From positions 53,471 through 117,470 of the forward strand of contig JBDHAC010000008.1 of the NCBI GenBank assembly GCA_039588275.1: 64,000 nt of DNA. Direction: 5' to 3'. The stretch comes from Gemmatimonadota bacterium. GTDB taxonomy: Bacteria; Gemmatimonadota; Gemmatimonadetes; Palauibacterales; Palauibacteraceae. Below are positions 50,975 to 60,041 of the stretch, in pieces (position 1 is the stretch's first letter; the number at the start of each line of letters is the position of its first letter). The translations under genes and the position numbers were made by a program. The notes under the pieces were generated by a model. It had not been told where the DNA came from, searched no databases, and saw only the letters and a list, made by a program, of their open reading frames with translations.

Positions 50975-51717
50975 GCGAACCGTTCCGCGTCGCGGTCCTG
51001 GCCTCGGGATCCGGCAGCAACTTTCAGTCGATTCTCGACCGGCTGCACCACGCTCCGGAGTGTCCGGTAAAGGTGGTGACACTCGTCGCGAGCCGGCCCG
51101 GCATACGAGCCATCGACCGGGCGACGGCCGCGGGAGTCCCCGCTGTCGTCTTGCCCGACCCCAAGGAAGGGAAGGAGGCCGCCGCGAGCCGCCTGGCCGG
51201 GGCACTCGGCGAAGCGAAGGCCGATCTGGTAGTACTGGCGGGGTATCTGCGCTTGATCCCGGAGGACATCGTCCGCGCGCATTGGGGACGAATGATCAAC
51301 ATCCACCCGGCACTTCTCCCCGCCTTCGGAGGAGAAGGGATGTATGGCGGACGCGTGCATCAGGCGGTCATCGACCGGGGGGCGCGCGTCTCTGGCGTCA
51401 CGGTGCACTTCGTCGACGAGGTGTACGATCATGGGCCGATCATCGCCCAATGGCCGGTCCCCGTCCTCGAGAACGACACGCCCGAGAGCCTGGCCGCCCG
51501 CGTGCTCCGGGTCGAACACGTTCTGCTTCCCGCCGTCGTCGACTCGATCGCGCGCGGCCACGTGGAGCTGGCTCCCTCACGTACCTGCGTATGGAGGGTG
51601 CCCTGGTTCGAAGGATCGCGTTTCGCGATCGAGCCGGAAGTGGACACCGAGGAGAACCCCGGCTCCAACGAGCCGGAGACGATCGGGTCCCACAGCCATC
51701 AACCCAGCGAGGAATAA
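50971..51717 (+). CDS. purN: Phosphoribosylglycinamide formyltransferase
   Basis: ASGSGSN, LAGY, NIHPALLP, GVTVHFV...YDHGPII. Confidence 0.96.
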   Translation: MSEPFRVAVLASGSGSNFQSILDRLHHAPECPVKVVTLVASRPGIRAIDRATAAGVPAVVLPDPKEGKEAAASRLAGALGEAKADLVVLAGYLRLIPEDIVRAHWGRMINIHPALLPAFGGEGMYGGRVHQAVIDRGARVSGVTVHFVDEVYDHGPIIAQWPVPVLENDTPESLAARVLRVEHVLLPAVVDSIARGHVELAPSRTCVWRVPWFEGSRFAIEPEVDTEENPGSNEPETIGSHSHQPSEE

Positions 51718-51731
51718 AGGAACACACGAGA

Positions 51732-53327
51732 ATGCCGACGGCGTTAATCAGCGTATCCGATAAGACGGGAGTCGTCGAATTCGCGTCAGGCCTGGTCGAA
51801 CGAGGCTGGACGATCGTTTCGACGGGCGGAACGGGGGCGCGACTGAAGGAGGCGGAGCTCCCCGTGAAGGGGGTGAGCGAAGTCACCGGTCACCCGGAGA
51901 TCCTGGCCGGGCGCGTCAAGACCTTGCACCCGGCCGTGCACGGCGGAATCCTGGCTCGACGCTCCATGCCGGGCGACATGGATCAGCTCGACCGACTCGG
52001 CATCGGCCCGATCGATCTCGTCGCGGTCAACCTGTATCCGTTCCAGAGGACCATTGCACGACATGGTGTAACCTTGGCCGAGGCCCTGGAGCAGATAGAC
52101 ATCGGTGGCCCCACGCTGCTTCGCGCATCGGCCAAGAACCACGGCTTCGTGTGGTGCATCTGCGATCCGGCCGATTACGATCGCGCCCTCAGGGCGATCG
52201 ACGCCGTCGGCGACTCGTCGGAGCTTCGGCGCGAGCTCGCGGTGAAAGTGTTCCTGCACACCGCCGCATACGACGCGGCGATCGGCGGGTATCTCGACGA
52301 CCTGGGGTCGCGGGCCCCTATGAGCGAGCTTCCACACGAGTTCCTCGCCTCGCTCACTCGCGTCCAGGGGCTCCGATACGGGGAGAACCCCGACCAGGCG
52401 GCAGCGTTTTATCGAGACGGGTCGAGCTCGCCGTGGGGAATTCCGGCGCTCCTCCAGCTGCACGGGAAGGAGCTGTCCTTCAACAATCTCCTCGACATCG
52501 ACGGCGCTCTGACCGCCATCGCGCCGTTCGTGGGCGAGGCGTCCCCGGCCTGTGCGATCGTGAAGCACACGACCCCGTGCGGGCTGGCCGTGGGTCGCTC
52601 CGTCCGCGAAGCATATGAGAAGGCGCTGGCGTGCGATCCGGTATCGGCCTTCGGCTCCGTGATCGCGTTCACGGAACCAGTCACCGAGGCCGTGGCCGAG
52701 GCGGTGGCCGAGAACTTCGTGGAGTGCGTGGTGGCCCCCGGCTACGCGGACGCGGCCCTCCTGACGCTACAGGAGAAGAAGAACCTGCGCATCCTGGCGC
52801 CCGACCGCCCGGAGGACCTCGCGGAGGCTTCGGGTCATCTCAGGCAGGGAATCGAGACACGGGGTGTTCGTGGCGGCCTGCTCGTGCAAAGCGCGCCGTC
52901 GCCGGCTTCTCCCTCGGAGCTGCGAGCGAATCCCGAGTTGAGCGCCGCCACTCACCGGGCCCCGACGGACGCGGAATGGGACGACCTTGCCTTCGCGTGG
53001 GCGGCGGTCCAGACCGTCAAATCGAACGCGATACTGCTCGCGCGAGACGGAGCGTCGATCGGCATCGGGGCCGGCCAGATGAGTCGGGTGGACTCGGTCG
53101 ATCTGGCCATCCGAAAGGCACGTGCGGCGGGGCTGGAGACCCGCCGCAGCGTCCTCGCCTCGGATGCCTTCTTTCCCTTCCGCGATGGCATCGACGTGGC
53201 GGCCGAGGCGGGCGTCGCCGCGGTCATTCAACCCGGTGGCTCGATCCGGGATGCGGAGGTGACCGGGGCCGCGAACGAGCACGGAATGGCGATGCTATGT
53301 ACTGGTCGCCGACTCTTCCGTCACTGA
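51732..53327 (+). CDS. purH: Bifunctional AICAR formyltransferase / IMP cyclohydrolase
   Basis: ALISVSDKTG, GRVKTLHP, IDIGG, RYGENP, ASDAFFPF, RLFRH. Confidence 0.98.
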   Translation: MPTALISVSDKTGVVEFASGLVERGWTIVSTGGTGARLKEAELPVKGVSEVTGHPEILAGRVKTLHPAVHGGILARRSMPGDMDQLDRLGIGPIDLVAVNLYPFQRTIARHGVTLAEALEQIDIGGPTLLRASAKNHGFVWCICDPADYDRALRAIDAVGDSSELRRELAVKVFLHTAAYDAAIGGYLDDLGSRAPMSELPHEFLASLTRVQGLRYGENPDQAAAFYRDGSSSPWGIPALLQLHGKELSFNNLLDIDGALTAIAPFVGEASPACAIVKHTTPCGLAVGRSVREAYEKALACDPVSAFGSVIAFTEPVTEAVAEAVAENFVECVVAPGYADAALLTLQEKKNLRILAPDRPEDLAEASGHLRQGIETRGVRGGLLVQSAPSPASPSELRANPELSAATHRAPTDAEWDDLAFAWAAVQTVKSNAILLARDGASIGIGAGQMSRVDSVDLAIRKARAAGLETRRSVLASDAFFPFRDGIDVAAEAGVAAVIQPGGSIRDAEVTGAANEHGMAMLCTGRRLFRH

Positions 53328-53329
53328 GC

Positions 53330-53372
53330 GAGGCGCCCGGCGCGAGCCGCGTCGCGGAGCCCCGGGCGCCTC
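53330..53372 (+). terminator. Inverted repeat after purH
   Basis: Perfect 11-bp arms GAGGCGCCCGG / CCGGGCGCCTC; no U-tract. Confidence 0.45.
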
Positions 53373-53398
53373 CCGCTCGCGTCCGGCGAACCTCCGGC

Positions 53399-53429
53399 TT
53401 GACGATGTCGGCGATCCGGCCTATATAGT
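53399..53429 (+). promoter_or_regulatory. Sigma70-type promoter for the cox operon
   Basis: TTGACG (53399-53404), 17 nt, TATATA; overlapping TATAGT. Confidence 0.6.
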
Positions 53430-53501
53430 CGCGCACCTCAGCGGGCGGGGAGCACCCGCCCGACAGCGCGGCCATATCCTGGGACTGCCCCGATAGACTC
53501 T

Positions 53502-54506
53502 TTGAACAGGCGATCGTTTACGCTTCTGGCCCTCGCCCTGGGCTCGTTGGTGATCCAGGCGTGTGGCGGAGAGTACCCTCAATCCGCGATGCACCCCGCC
53601 TCCGATTTCGCCGCGAGGCTGGACAGTCTTTTCTGGCAGATCTTCTGGTGGGCTGTCGGCGTGTTCGTGGTCGTCGAGGCCATCCTCATCTACACGATCA
53701 TTCGCTTTCGCGCTCGACCCGGTGGCGAGCGCCCAAAGCCGGTCCACGGTCATACGGGCCTCGAGCTGGGGTGGACGATCGCGCCCGCTTTGATCCTCGT
53801 CGCGATCGCGATTCCGACGATCCAGACGATCTTCGTGGTCGACAAGCCGTCTCCCGAAGAAGCGGACCTGACGATCGAAGTGATCGGCCGTCAGTGGTGG
53901 TGGGAATTCCGGTACCCGGAGCTCGGGATCATCACGGCCAACGAAGCACACGTCCCGGTTGGACAGACGGTGGATCTTCGGCTCCGAAGCGCAGACGTCC
54001 TCCACAGCTTCTGGGTCCCCCGGTTGGGCGGAAAGCGGGACCTGGTGCCGGGTCGAGAGAACTTCCTCTGGTTCCGTCCCGACTCCGTCGGGGTCTTCTG
54101 GGGACAGTGCGCGGAGTACTGCGGGACTTCGCATGCGCTCATGAGCTTGCGATTCGTCGTCGACGACGCGAGTGACTTCGACGCCTGGGTCGCCACCAAC
54201 CAGGCCACGGCCGTCACGGCGAGCGAGCGGCCGGCGAGCCAGGGCCGGAACGTCTTCATGACCAACGCCTGTATCAGCTGCCATACGATTCGCGGTACCC
54301 AGGCCCAGGGAGTGTTGGGGCCAGATCTCACGCACGTCGGGAGCCGTTTGACGATCGCGGCGGGAGTACTGGACAACAACGCCGCGAACCTGGCGCGTTG
54401 GATCGGAAACCCCCAGGACGTGAAGCCCGGCAGCCTCATGCCGAACATGGGGCTGACGGAACAGCAGGTCGAGCAGCTGGTCGCCTACCTCCAAAGCCTT
54501 CGGTAG
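53502..54506 (+). CDS. coxB: Cytochrome c oxidase subunit II with fused cytochrome c (caa3 type)
   Basis: QWWWEF; CuA ligands DVLHSF and CAEYCGTSHALM; C-terminal CISCH heme motif; lipobox-like IQA-C. Confidence 0.96.
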   Translation: MNRRSFTLLALALGSLVIQACGGEYPQSAMHPASDFAARLDSLFWQIFWWAVGVFVVVEAILIYTIIRFRARPGGERPKPVHGHTGLELGWTIAPALILVAIAIPTIQTIFVVDKPSPEEADLTIEVIGRQWWWEFRYPELGIITANEAHVPVGQTVDLRLRSADVLHSFWVPRLGGKRDLVPGRENFLWFRPDSVGVFWGQCAEYCGTSHALMSLRFVVDDASDFDAWVATNQATAVTASERPASQGRNVFMTNACISCHTIRGTQAQGVLGPDLTHVGSRLTIAAGVLDNNAANLARWIGNPQDVKPGSLMPNMGLTEQQVEQLVAYLQSLR

Positions 54507-54516
54507 ACGATTGGCG

Positions 54517-56382
54517 ATGGCAGAGACGACCGTGAATCAGGCGACGGGAGCCCACGAAGAGGGGACCTGGTCCGGTGGAGTGTGGAGCTGGTTGACCACC
54601 GTCGATCACAAGCGCATCGCGGTCCTCTACTTCGTCGCCGGCTTCATCTTCCTGCTCGTGGCTGGCATGGAAGGGCAGATGATCCGGCTCCAGCTCGCCA
54701 AGCCGGAAAGCCGGCTGCTGGACCCGGATTTCTACAACCAGATGTTCACGATGCACGGCACGACGATGGTGTTCTTTGCCGGCATGCCGCTCATCATCGC
54801 GTTTTTCAATTTCGTGGTGCCGCTACAGATCGGGGCGAGGGATGTCGCGTTCCCACGCCTCAACGCGTTCAGCTTCTGGGTCTTCCTGTTCGCGGGCCTG
54901 TTCCTCTACGCGAGCTTCTTCTTCGGGGGCGCCCCCGACGGTGGGTGGTTCGCCTATATGCCGCTTACGGGATCGCAGTACTCTCCGCGCACGGGCATGG
55001 ACTTCTACGTCCTGGCGTTGCTTCTGTCGGGTGTCGGGACGATCGCGGGTGGGGTGAACTTCCTGGTGACGATCCTGAACCTGCGCGCCCCGGGCATGGG
55101 CTTGATGCGCATGCCGCTGTTCACCTGGATGGCCTTCGTCGTGTCGGCGTTGATCCTGCTCGCGTTTCCGCCGTTCACCATCGGGCTCGTATTCATGATG
55201 TTCGATCGGATGTTCGGCACCTTGTTCTTCAACGCCGCTGCCGGTGCGGACCCTCTCCTGTGGCAACACCTGTTCTGGGTGTTTGGCCACCCCGAGGTCT
55301 ACATCCTGGTTCTTCCTGCGTTCGGGGTCGTGTCGGATGTCATTCCGACCTTCAGCAAGAAGCCGCTATTCGGGTATCCCGTGGTCGTCTTCTCCGGAAT
55401 CCTGATCGCGTTTCTGGGCTTCGGCGTGTGGGTGCACCACATGTTCTCGACCGGCCTCGGCCCGATCGTCAACGCCGTCTTCGGGGGCGCCACCATGCTG
55501 ATCGCGATCCCCACCGGGATCAAGATCTTCAACTGGATCGCGACGATGTGGGGAGGGGCGATTCGCTTCAAGACGCCCATGCTGTTCGCGATCGGGCTGG
55601 TCGGTACGTTCGTGATCGGCGGGCTCAGTGGAGTGATGCACTCATCGCCCCCGAGCGATTTGCAGCAGACCGACACGTACTTCGTGGTGGCGCACTTCCA
55701 CTACGTACTGATCGGCGGAACCGTCTTCGGGCTGTTCTCGGGTCTGTATTACTGGTTCCCCAAGGTCACCGGCCGGATGCTGAGCGAGAAGCTCGGGGCC
55801 GCGCACTTCTGGCTCACGTTCCTCGCTCTGAACGTGACGTTCTTCCCGATGCACTTCTCGGGCTTGCTCGGGATGCCGCGCCGGACGTTCACGTACGCCG
55901 AGGGACTCGGACTCGAGACGTTCAATCTGATCTCGACGATCGGTGCGTTCATCTTCACGCTGTCCTTCGTGCCGCTGGTATTGGCCCTGTGGCGAGCCTG
56001 GCGTCGGGGAGAGCCGGCCGGGCCCAATCCGTGGGACGCGGCAACGCTCGAATGGACCATGTCATCCCCACCGCCGCACTACAACTTCGCGGTCATTCCC
56101 CAGGTCGAGAGTCGTGACTCGCTTTGGCACCCCCACATCGACCCCGGTCACGTGCCGGGCGCAGGCGATGCCGAGCCCGGTGGCGTCACGCCACGCCTGC
56201 AGCCCGATCCGGCGCCGGAGCCGGTGCACATGCCCAACCCATCCTTTTGGCCATTGATCCTGGCGCTCGGCATGCTCGTGGTCACGATCGGGGCGCTCAT
56301 CGGCTTGCGAGTCGTGATCCCCGGCGTGCTGTTGATGTTCGTCGGACTGTACGGGTGGGCCTTCGAGCCCGTGGAAGGCTGA
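54517..56382 (+). CDS. coxA: Cytochrome c oxidase subunit I (A1 type)
   Basis: TMHG, DVAFPRLN, GHPEVY, WVHHM, PTGIK, AHFHY, GMPRR; two extra C-terminal TM helices. Confidence 0.97.
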   Translation: MAETTVNQATGAHEEGTWSGGVWSWLTTVDHKRIAVLYFVAGFIFLLVAGMEGQMIRLQLAKPESRLLDPDFYNQMFTMHGTTMVFFAGMPLIIAFFNFVVPLQIGARDVAFPRLNAFSFWVFLFAGLFLYASFFFGGAPDGGWFAYMPLTGSQYSPRTGMDFYVLALLLSGVGTIAGGVNFLVTILNLRAPGMGLMRMPLFTWMAFVVSALILLAFPPFTIGLVFMMFDRMFGTLFFNAAAGADPLLWQHLFWVFGHPEVYILVLPAFGVVSDVIPTFSKKPLFGYPVVVFSGILIAFLGFGVWVHHMFSTGLGPIVNAVFGGATMLIAIPTGIKIFNWIATMWGGAIRFKTPMLFAIGLVGTFVIGGLSGVMHSSPPSDLQQTDTYFVVAHFHYVLIGGTVFGLFSGLYYWFPKVTGRMLSEKLGAAHFWLTFLALNVTFFPMHFSGLLGMPRRTFTYAEGLGLETFNLISTIGAFIFTLSFVPLVLALWRAWRRGEPAGPNPWDAATLEWTMSSPPPHYNFAVIPQVESRDSLWHPHIDPGHVPGAGDAEPGGVTPRLQPDPAPEPVHMPNPSFWPLILALGMLVVTIGALIGLRVVIPGVLLMFVGLYGWAFEPVEG

Positions 56383-56420
56383 GCGGGCGCCGACGATGAC
56401 ACTGGAAGGACGCTGACGGG

Positions 56421-56990
56421 ATGCACGGACCGACGTCGACGGGAATCCCGACGCGCAAGCTCGGAATGTGGACCTTCATCGGATCCGAGTGCATGCTGTT
56501 CGGCACTCTGATCTCGACGTTCCTCATCTATCGAGGTCGAAACGTCGTCGGCCCGTATCCAGAGGAACTGTTGAACATCCCGTTCATCACGGTGACCACC
56601 TTCGTCCTGTTGATGAGCAGTCTGATGATGGTGCTCGCCCTGGCCGCCGTGCAGCGCGGTCAGCGGGTGGGCTCGATGCTCTGGCTGTTCATGACCGCCC
56701 TCTTCGGCCTGATCTTCCTGACCGGCCAGTACATCGAGTTCAGTCACTTCGTGCACGAGGGGTTGGGACTCAGCCGCAATCTGTTCTCATCCACCTTCTT
56801 CGTGCTCACCGGGACGCACGGGGCGCACGTGGCGGGCGGCGTGATCTGGCTCGGGACGTTGTGCATTCTGTCGCTGAGGGGACGTCTACCGCCGGAGCGA
56901 GCTGAGACGGTCGAGATCGCGGGGCTGTATTGGCACTTCGTGGACGTGGTGTGGATCGTCCTGTTCACGATCATCTACCTGCTCCAGTAG
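56421..56990 (+). CDS. coxC: Cytochrome c oxidase subunit III (short form)
   Basis: GMWTFIGSE, TGTHGAHV, YWHFVDVVW. Confidence 0.95.
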   Translation: MHGPTSTGIPTRKLGMWTFIGSECMLFGTLISTFLIYRGRNVVGPYPEELLNIPFITVTTFVLLMSSLMMVLALAAVQRGQRVGSMLWLFMTALFGLIFLTGQYIEFSHFVHEGLGLSRNLFSSTFFVLTGTHGAHVAGGVIWLGTLCILSLRGRLPPERAETVEIAGLYWHFVDVVWIVLFTIIYLLQ

Positions 56991-57006
56991 CGAGAGGGGA
57001 GCTGCC

Positions 57007-57303
57007 ATGTCAGAACACTCCGGCGAGCCACATGTCAGCAACCGCTTCTACGTGGTTATCGCGCTGATCCTGGCCGTCCTCACCGCCATGGAGGTGATGG
57101 TCTTCTACGTCGAGGCGCTGTCGCCGGTCCTGCTGCCGATCCTGCTCGTGCTCATGGCGGTCAAGTTCGCGCTCGTCGCGATGTTCTTCATGCACCTCAG
57201 GTTCGACAGCCGCGTGCTCACCGGGATCTTCGGCTGGTGCCTGTTCCTCGCGGCGGGCATCATCCTCGCTCTGCTGGCCGTGTTCGGGAAGTTCACCACC
57301 TAA
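57007..57303 (+). CDS. Cytochrome c oxidase subunit IV family protein
   Basis: Three TM helices; LAVLTAMEV, KFALVAMFFMHLRFD. Confidence 0.9.
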   Translation: MSEHSGEPHVSNRFYVVIALILAVLTAMEVMVFYVEALSPVLLPILLVLMAVKFALVAMFFMHLRFDSRVLTGIFGWCLFLAAGIILALLAVFGKFTT

Positions 57304-57404
57304 CAGGCGGCTGCAGAGCTCGACCCCGCCGCGGTCATTCGGCTCCGACACGCCTCCCACGACCTGGTCCCGTCTCCGCCCTCCACAGCGGACACCGCCG
57401 CTGG

Positions 57405-57428
57405 ACATATGAAACAGTGTTCATATGT
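57405..57428. promoter_or_regulatory. SmtB/CzrA-type operator
   Basis: Perfect palindrome ACATATGAA-ACAGTG-TTCATATGT directly upstream of an ArsR/SmtB gene. Confidence 0.88.
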
Positions 57429-57484
57429 TTATATGTGAGCGCCGACGTAGGTCGCTCTCGTCATAGAATGGAGGTACTCCGACT

Positions 57485-57892
57485 GTGCCTGACCGGACAT
57501 CCAACGGGCGAACCGGCACTCCTGCCCGGCGTGCGGGGCGACAGAGACGCGCCGGCACGTGGGAGCCTCACGTACCGGAAGCGGTTCGCCAGGTGCGCCG
57601 CGGGCGAGCCGCCGGCGAGACGCTCATGTTCCTGGCAGACACCTTCCAAGTCCTCGCGAACCCTACAAGGCTTCGGATCGTTGAAGCGCTCGCGCGTTGC
57701 GAGCTGTGCGTCGGGGACCTGGCCCTGGTGGCGGACACCAGCCACTCGGCGGTCAGCCATCACCTGCGCCAGCTGCGGCAGATGAAGATCGTCCGATACC
57801 GGAAGGAAGGCCGAATGGCCTTCTACCGCCTGGACGACGAGCACATCGCGGAGATCTTCCGTATGGGTCGGGAACATGTCGAGGAGCGCTGA
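57485..57892 (+). CDS. ArsR/SmtB family metal-sensing repressor
   Basis: LANPTRLRI, ELCVGDL, SAVSHHLRQLR, alpha5-type DEH-x10-HVEE; GGAGG SD. Confidence 0.93.
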   Translation: MPDRTSNGRTGTPARRAGRQRRAGTWEPHVPEAVRQVRRGRAAGETLMFLADTFQVLANPTRLRIVEALARCELCVGDLALVADTSHSAVSHHLRQLRQMKIVRYRKEGRMAFYRLDDEHIAEIFRMGREHVEER

Positions 57893-60041
57893 GCCGCTGG
57901 CGCTCGAGAGCGCCGAGCCCGTGACTCTGAGGCGGGCCCAGTTCGTCGTCGAAGGCATGGACTGCTCGGACTGCGCCCGTCGGGTGGAGGATCGACTCGG
58001 CCGGATGGGCGGCGTCCGTGCGACGGCCAGCAACACCGGAGAGCGCACCGTCACCGTCGAGTACGAGCCGGATCTCGTCGAACCTGGTCAGATGCGGGCC
58101 GCGCTCGGCCGGCTCGGGTATCTGGCGAGCGTGCGCGATTCCCGCGAGGCGCTCGACTCGCATCGCGCTGGGGTGTGGCGGACCGCGTTCGCGGCGCGCA
58201 CATATGCATCGGCGGGTTGCTTCGCGATCGCGCTCGTCAGCCTGTGGGCCGGCCTCACCGACCCGGCCCGCCTCTTCTTTCTCGCCAGCGCGCTCGTCGG
58301 CGGCTGGAACTTCATGCCCGTGGGGTTCCGCGCCCTGATCCACGGCGCCCTCGACATGCACGTCCTCATGACGTTCGCGATCCTCGGAGCCATCGGTATC
58401 GGCGAGCCGCTGGAGGCGGCCGCGATCGCGTTCCTGTTCTCCCTCGCCGAGCTGCTCGAACAGTTCTCCGTTCGTCGAGCGCACGATTCTCTCCGTGGGC
58501 TCATGTCGCTCTCCCCGGAGCGGGCGACCGTTCTCCGGGACGGAGAAGAGACCGTCGTGCCCGCAGAGGAACTTCGCCCGGGCGAGCGCATTCTCCTGAA
58601 GGTCGGCGAGCGCGTACCCGTGGACGGGACCCTGATCGAGGGAGCTGCCACGCTCGACGCTTCAGCGATCACCGGGGAATCCGTTCCCGTCGATTGCGCG
58701 GTCGGGGACGCCTTGATGGCCGGCATGCGGGCAACCGGCGGATTCGCCGTCGTCCGCGTCGACCGACCCCGAGACGAGAGCACTCTCGCCCGCATCGTAC
58801 AGCTGATCGAGGATGCGGAGGCTCGGAAATCGCGCAGCGAGCGCTTCGTGACTCGCTTCGCTCGGGTCTACACGCCTGCCGTGACGGCGCTCGCCGTCCT
58901 GGTCGCGACGATCCCCACCGTCTTCCTCGGAGCCGCATTCGACCTGTGGTTCGAGCGCGCGCTCACGTTGCTCGTGATCGCTTGTCCCTGTGCCCTGGTG
59001 ATCTCGACACCGGTTGCAGTCGTCAGCGGTCTCACGGCCGCCGCTCGACACGGGGTGTTGATCAAGGGTGGCGAGATCCTGGAGGAGCTCGCGGGCGTCC
59101 GGACGATCGCGCTCGACAAGACCGGGACCCTCACGTACGGGCACCCGGTCGTCACGGATGTTGATGTGTGGGATGATCGACCGGTGGTCGAGCTACTCGG
59201 GAAGGCCGCGGCGGCCGAGCGGCGATCCGAGCATCCCCTCGCGCGCGCGATCGTGCGAGGGGCCCGCGACCGGGGAGTCGACGTAGATCGGTATTCCGTA
59301 TCGGCCTTCGAGGCGACACCGGGAGTCGGTGTGACGGCCCGGGTAGACGGAGAGCCCATCTCCGTCGGCGGTGAGGCCCTCGCCACGGGCATGGAAGCGG
59401 CGGACCGTGTCACGGAAATGCGTGAAGCGGGCAAGACCGTGGTCGTGGTGAGATTCGATGGGCAGCCCGCGGGAATGATCGCGCTCGCCGACCGACCCCG
59501 AGCGGAGTCGAGAGAAGCCGTCGAGACGCTGGCCCGACTCGGGATCAGACCCGTCATGCTAACGGGCGATGATCCGGTGACCGCCTCGCAGGTCGCGGGC
59601 GCGTTGGGAATCTCGGAGTTCCACGCGAGGCTCAAGCCGGACGAGAAGCTGGAGTGGCTCGAGCGCGTGAGCCCGGACGCACGCCCCACGGCCATGGTCG
59701 GCGATGGGGTCAACGATGCGCCGGCGCTCGCGGCGGCAGGAGTCGGGATCGCCATGGGGGCTGCCGGCAGCGACGTGGCGCTCGAGACGGCTGATGCGGT
59801 CTTGATGGGCGACCGGGTCGAGCGCTTGCCCTATCTCTTCCGCCTGGCGAGGATGAGTCGGCGAGTCATCCACCAGAACGTCGTCGCCTCCATTCTGATC
59901 AAGCTATCGCTGGCTGCCGCCGTGCCGTTCGGGCTCGTATCGCTGGTGGCCGCCGTCGTGGTGGGCGACCTGGGCGCGTCGCTCGGCGTTACGGCGAACT
60001 CAATGCGATTGGCCGGCGTCCGACCGCGCGTGCGCCCGTAA
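57876..60041 (+). CDS. Heavy-metal translocating P1B-type ATPase (CadA/ZntA-like)
   Basis: GMDCSDC metal-binding domain, TGES, CPC, DKTGT, SEHP, GDGVNDAP. Confidence 0.95.
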   Translation: MSRSAEPLALESAEPVTLRRAQFVVEGMDCSDCARRVEDRLGRMGGVRATASNTGERTVTVEYEPDLVEPGQMRAALGRLGYLASVRDSREALDSHRAGVWRTAFAARTYASAGCFAIALVSLWAGLTDPARLFFLASALVGGWNFMPVGFRALIHGALDMHVLMTFAILGAIGIGEPLEAAAIAFLFSLAELLEQFSVRRAHDSLRGLMSLSPERATVLRDGEETVVPAEELRPGERILLKVGERVPVDGTLIEGAATLDASAITGESVPVDCAVGDALMAGMRATGGFAVVRVDRPRDESTLARIVQLIEDAEARKSRSERFVTRFARVYTPAVTALAVLVATIPTVFLGAAFDLWFERALTLLVIACPCALVISTPVAVVSGLTAAARHGVLIKGGEILEELAGVRTIALDKTGTLTYGHPVVTDVDVWDDRPVVELLGKAAAAERRSEHPLARAIVRGARDRGVDVDRYSVSAFEATPGVGVTARVDGEPISVGGEALATGMEAADRVTEMREAGKTVVVVRFDGQPAGMIALADRPRAESREAVETLARLGIRPVMLTGDDPVTASQVAGALGISEFHARLKPDEKLEWLERVSPDARPTAMVGDGVNDAPALAAAGVGIAMGAAGSDVALETADAVLMGDRVERLPYLFRLARMSRRVIHQNVVASILIKLSLAAAVPFGLVSLVAAVVVGDLGASLGVTANSMRLAGVRPRVRP

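Noticed and set aside
56396..56416. Six-codon ORF between coxA and coxC
   Set aside because: No SD and not overlapping either gene; probably chance
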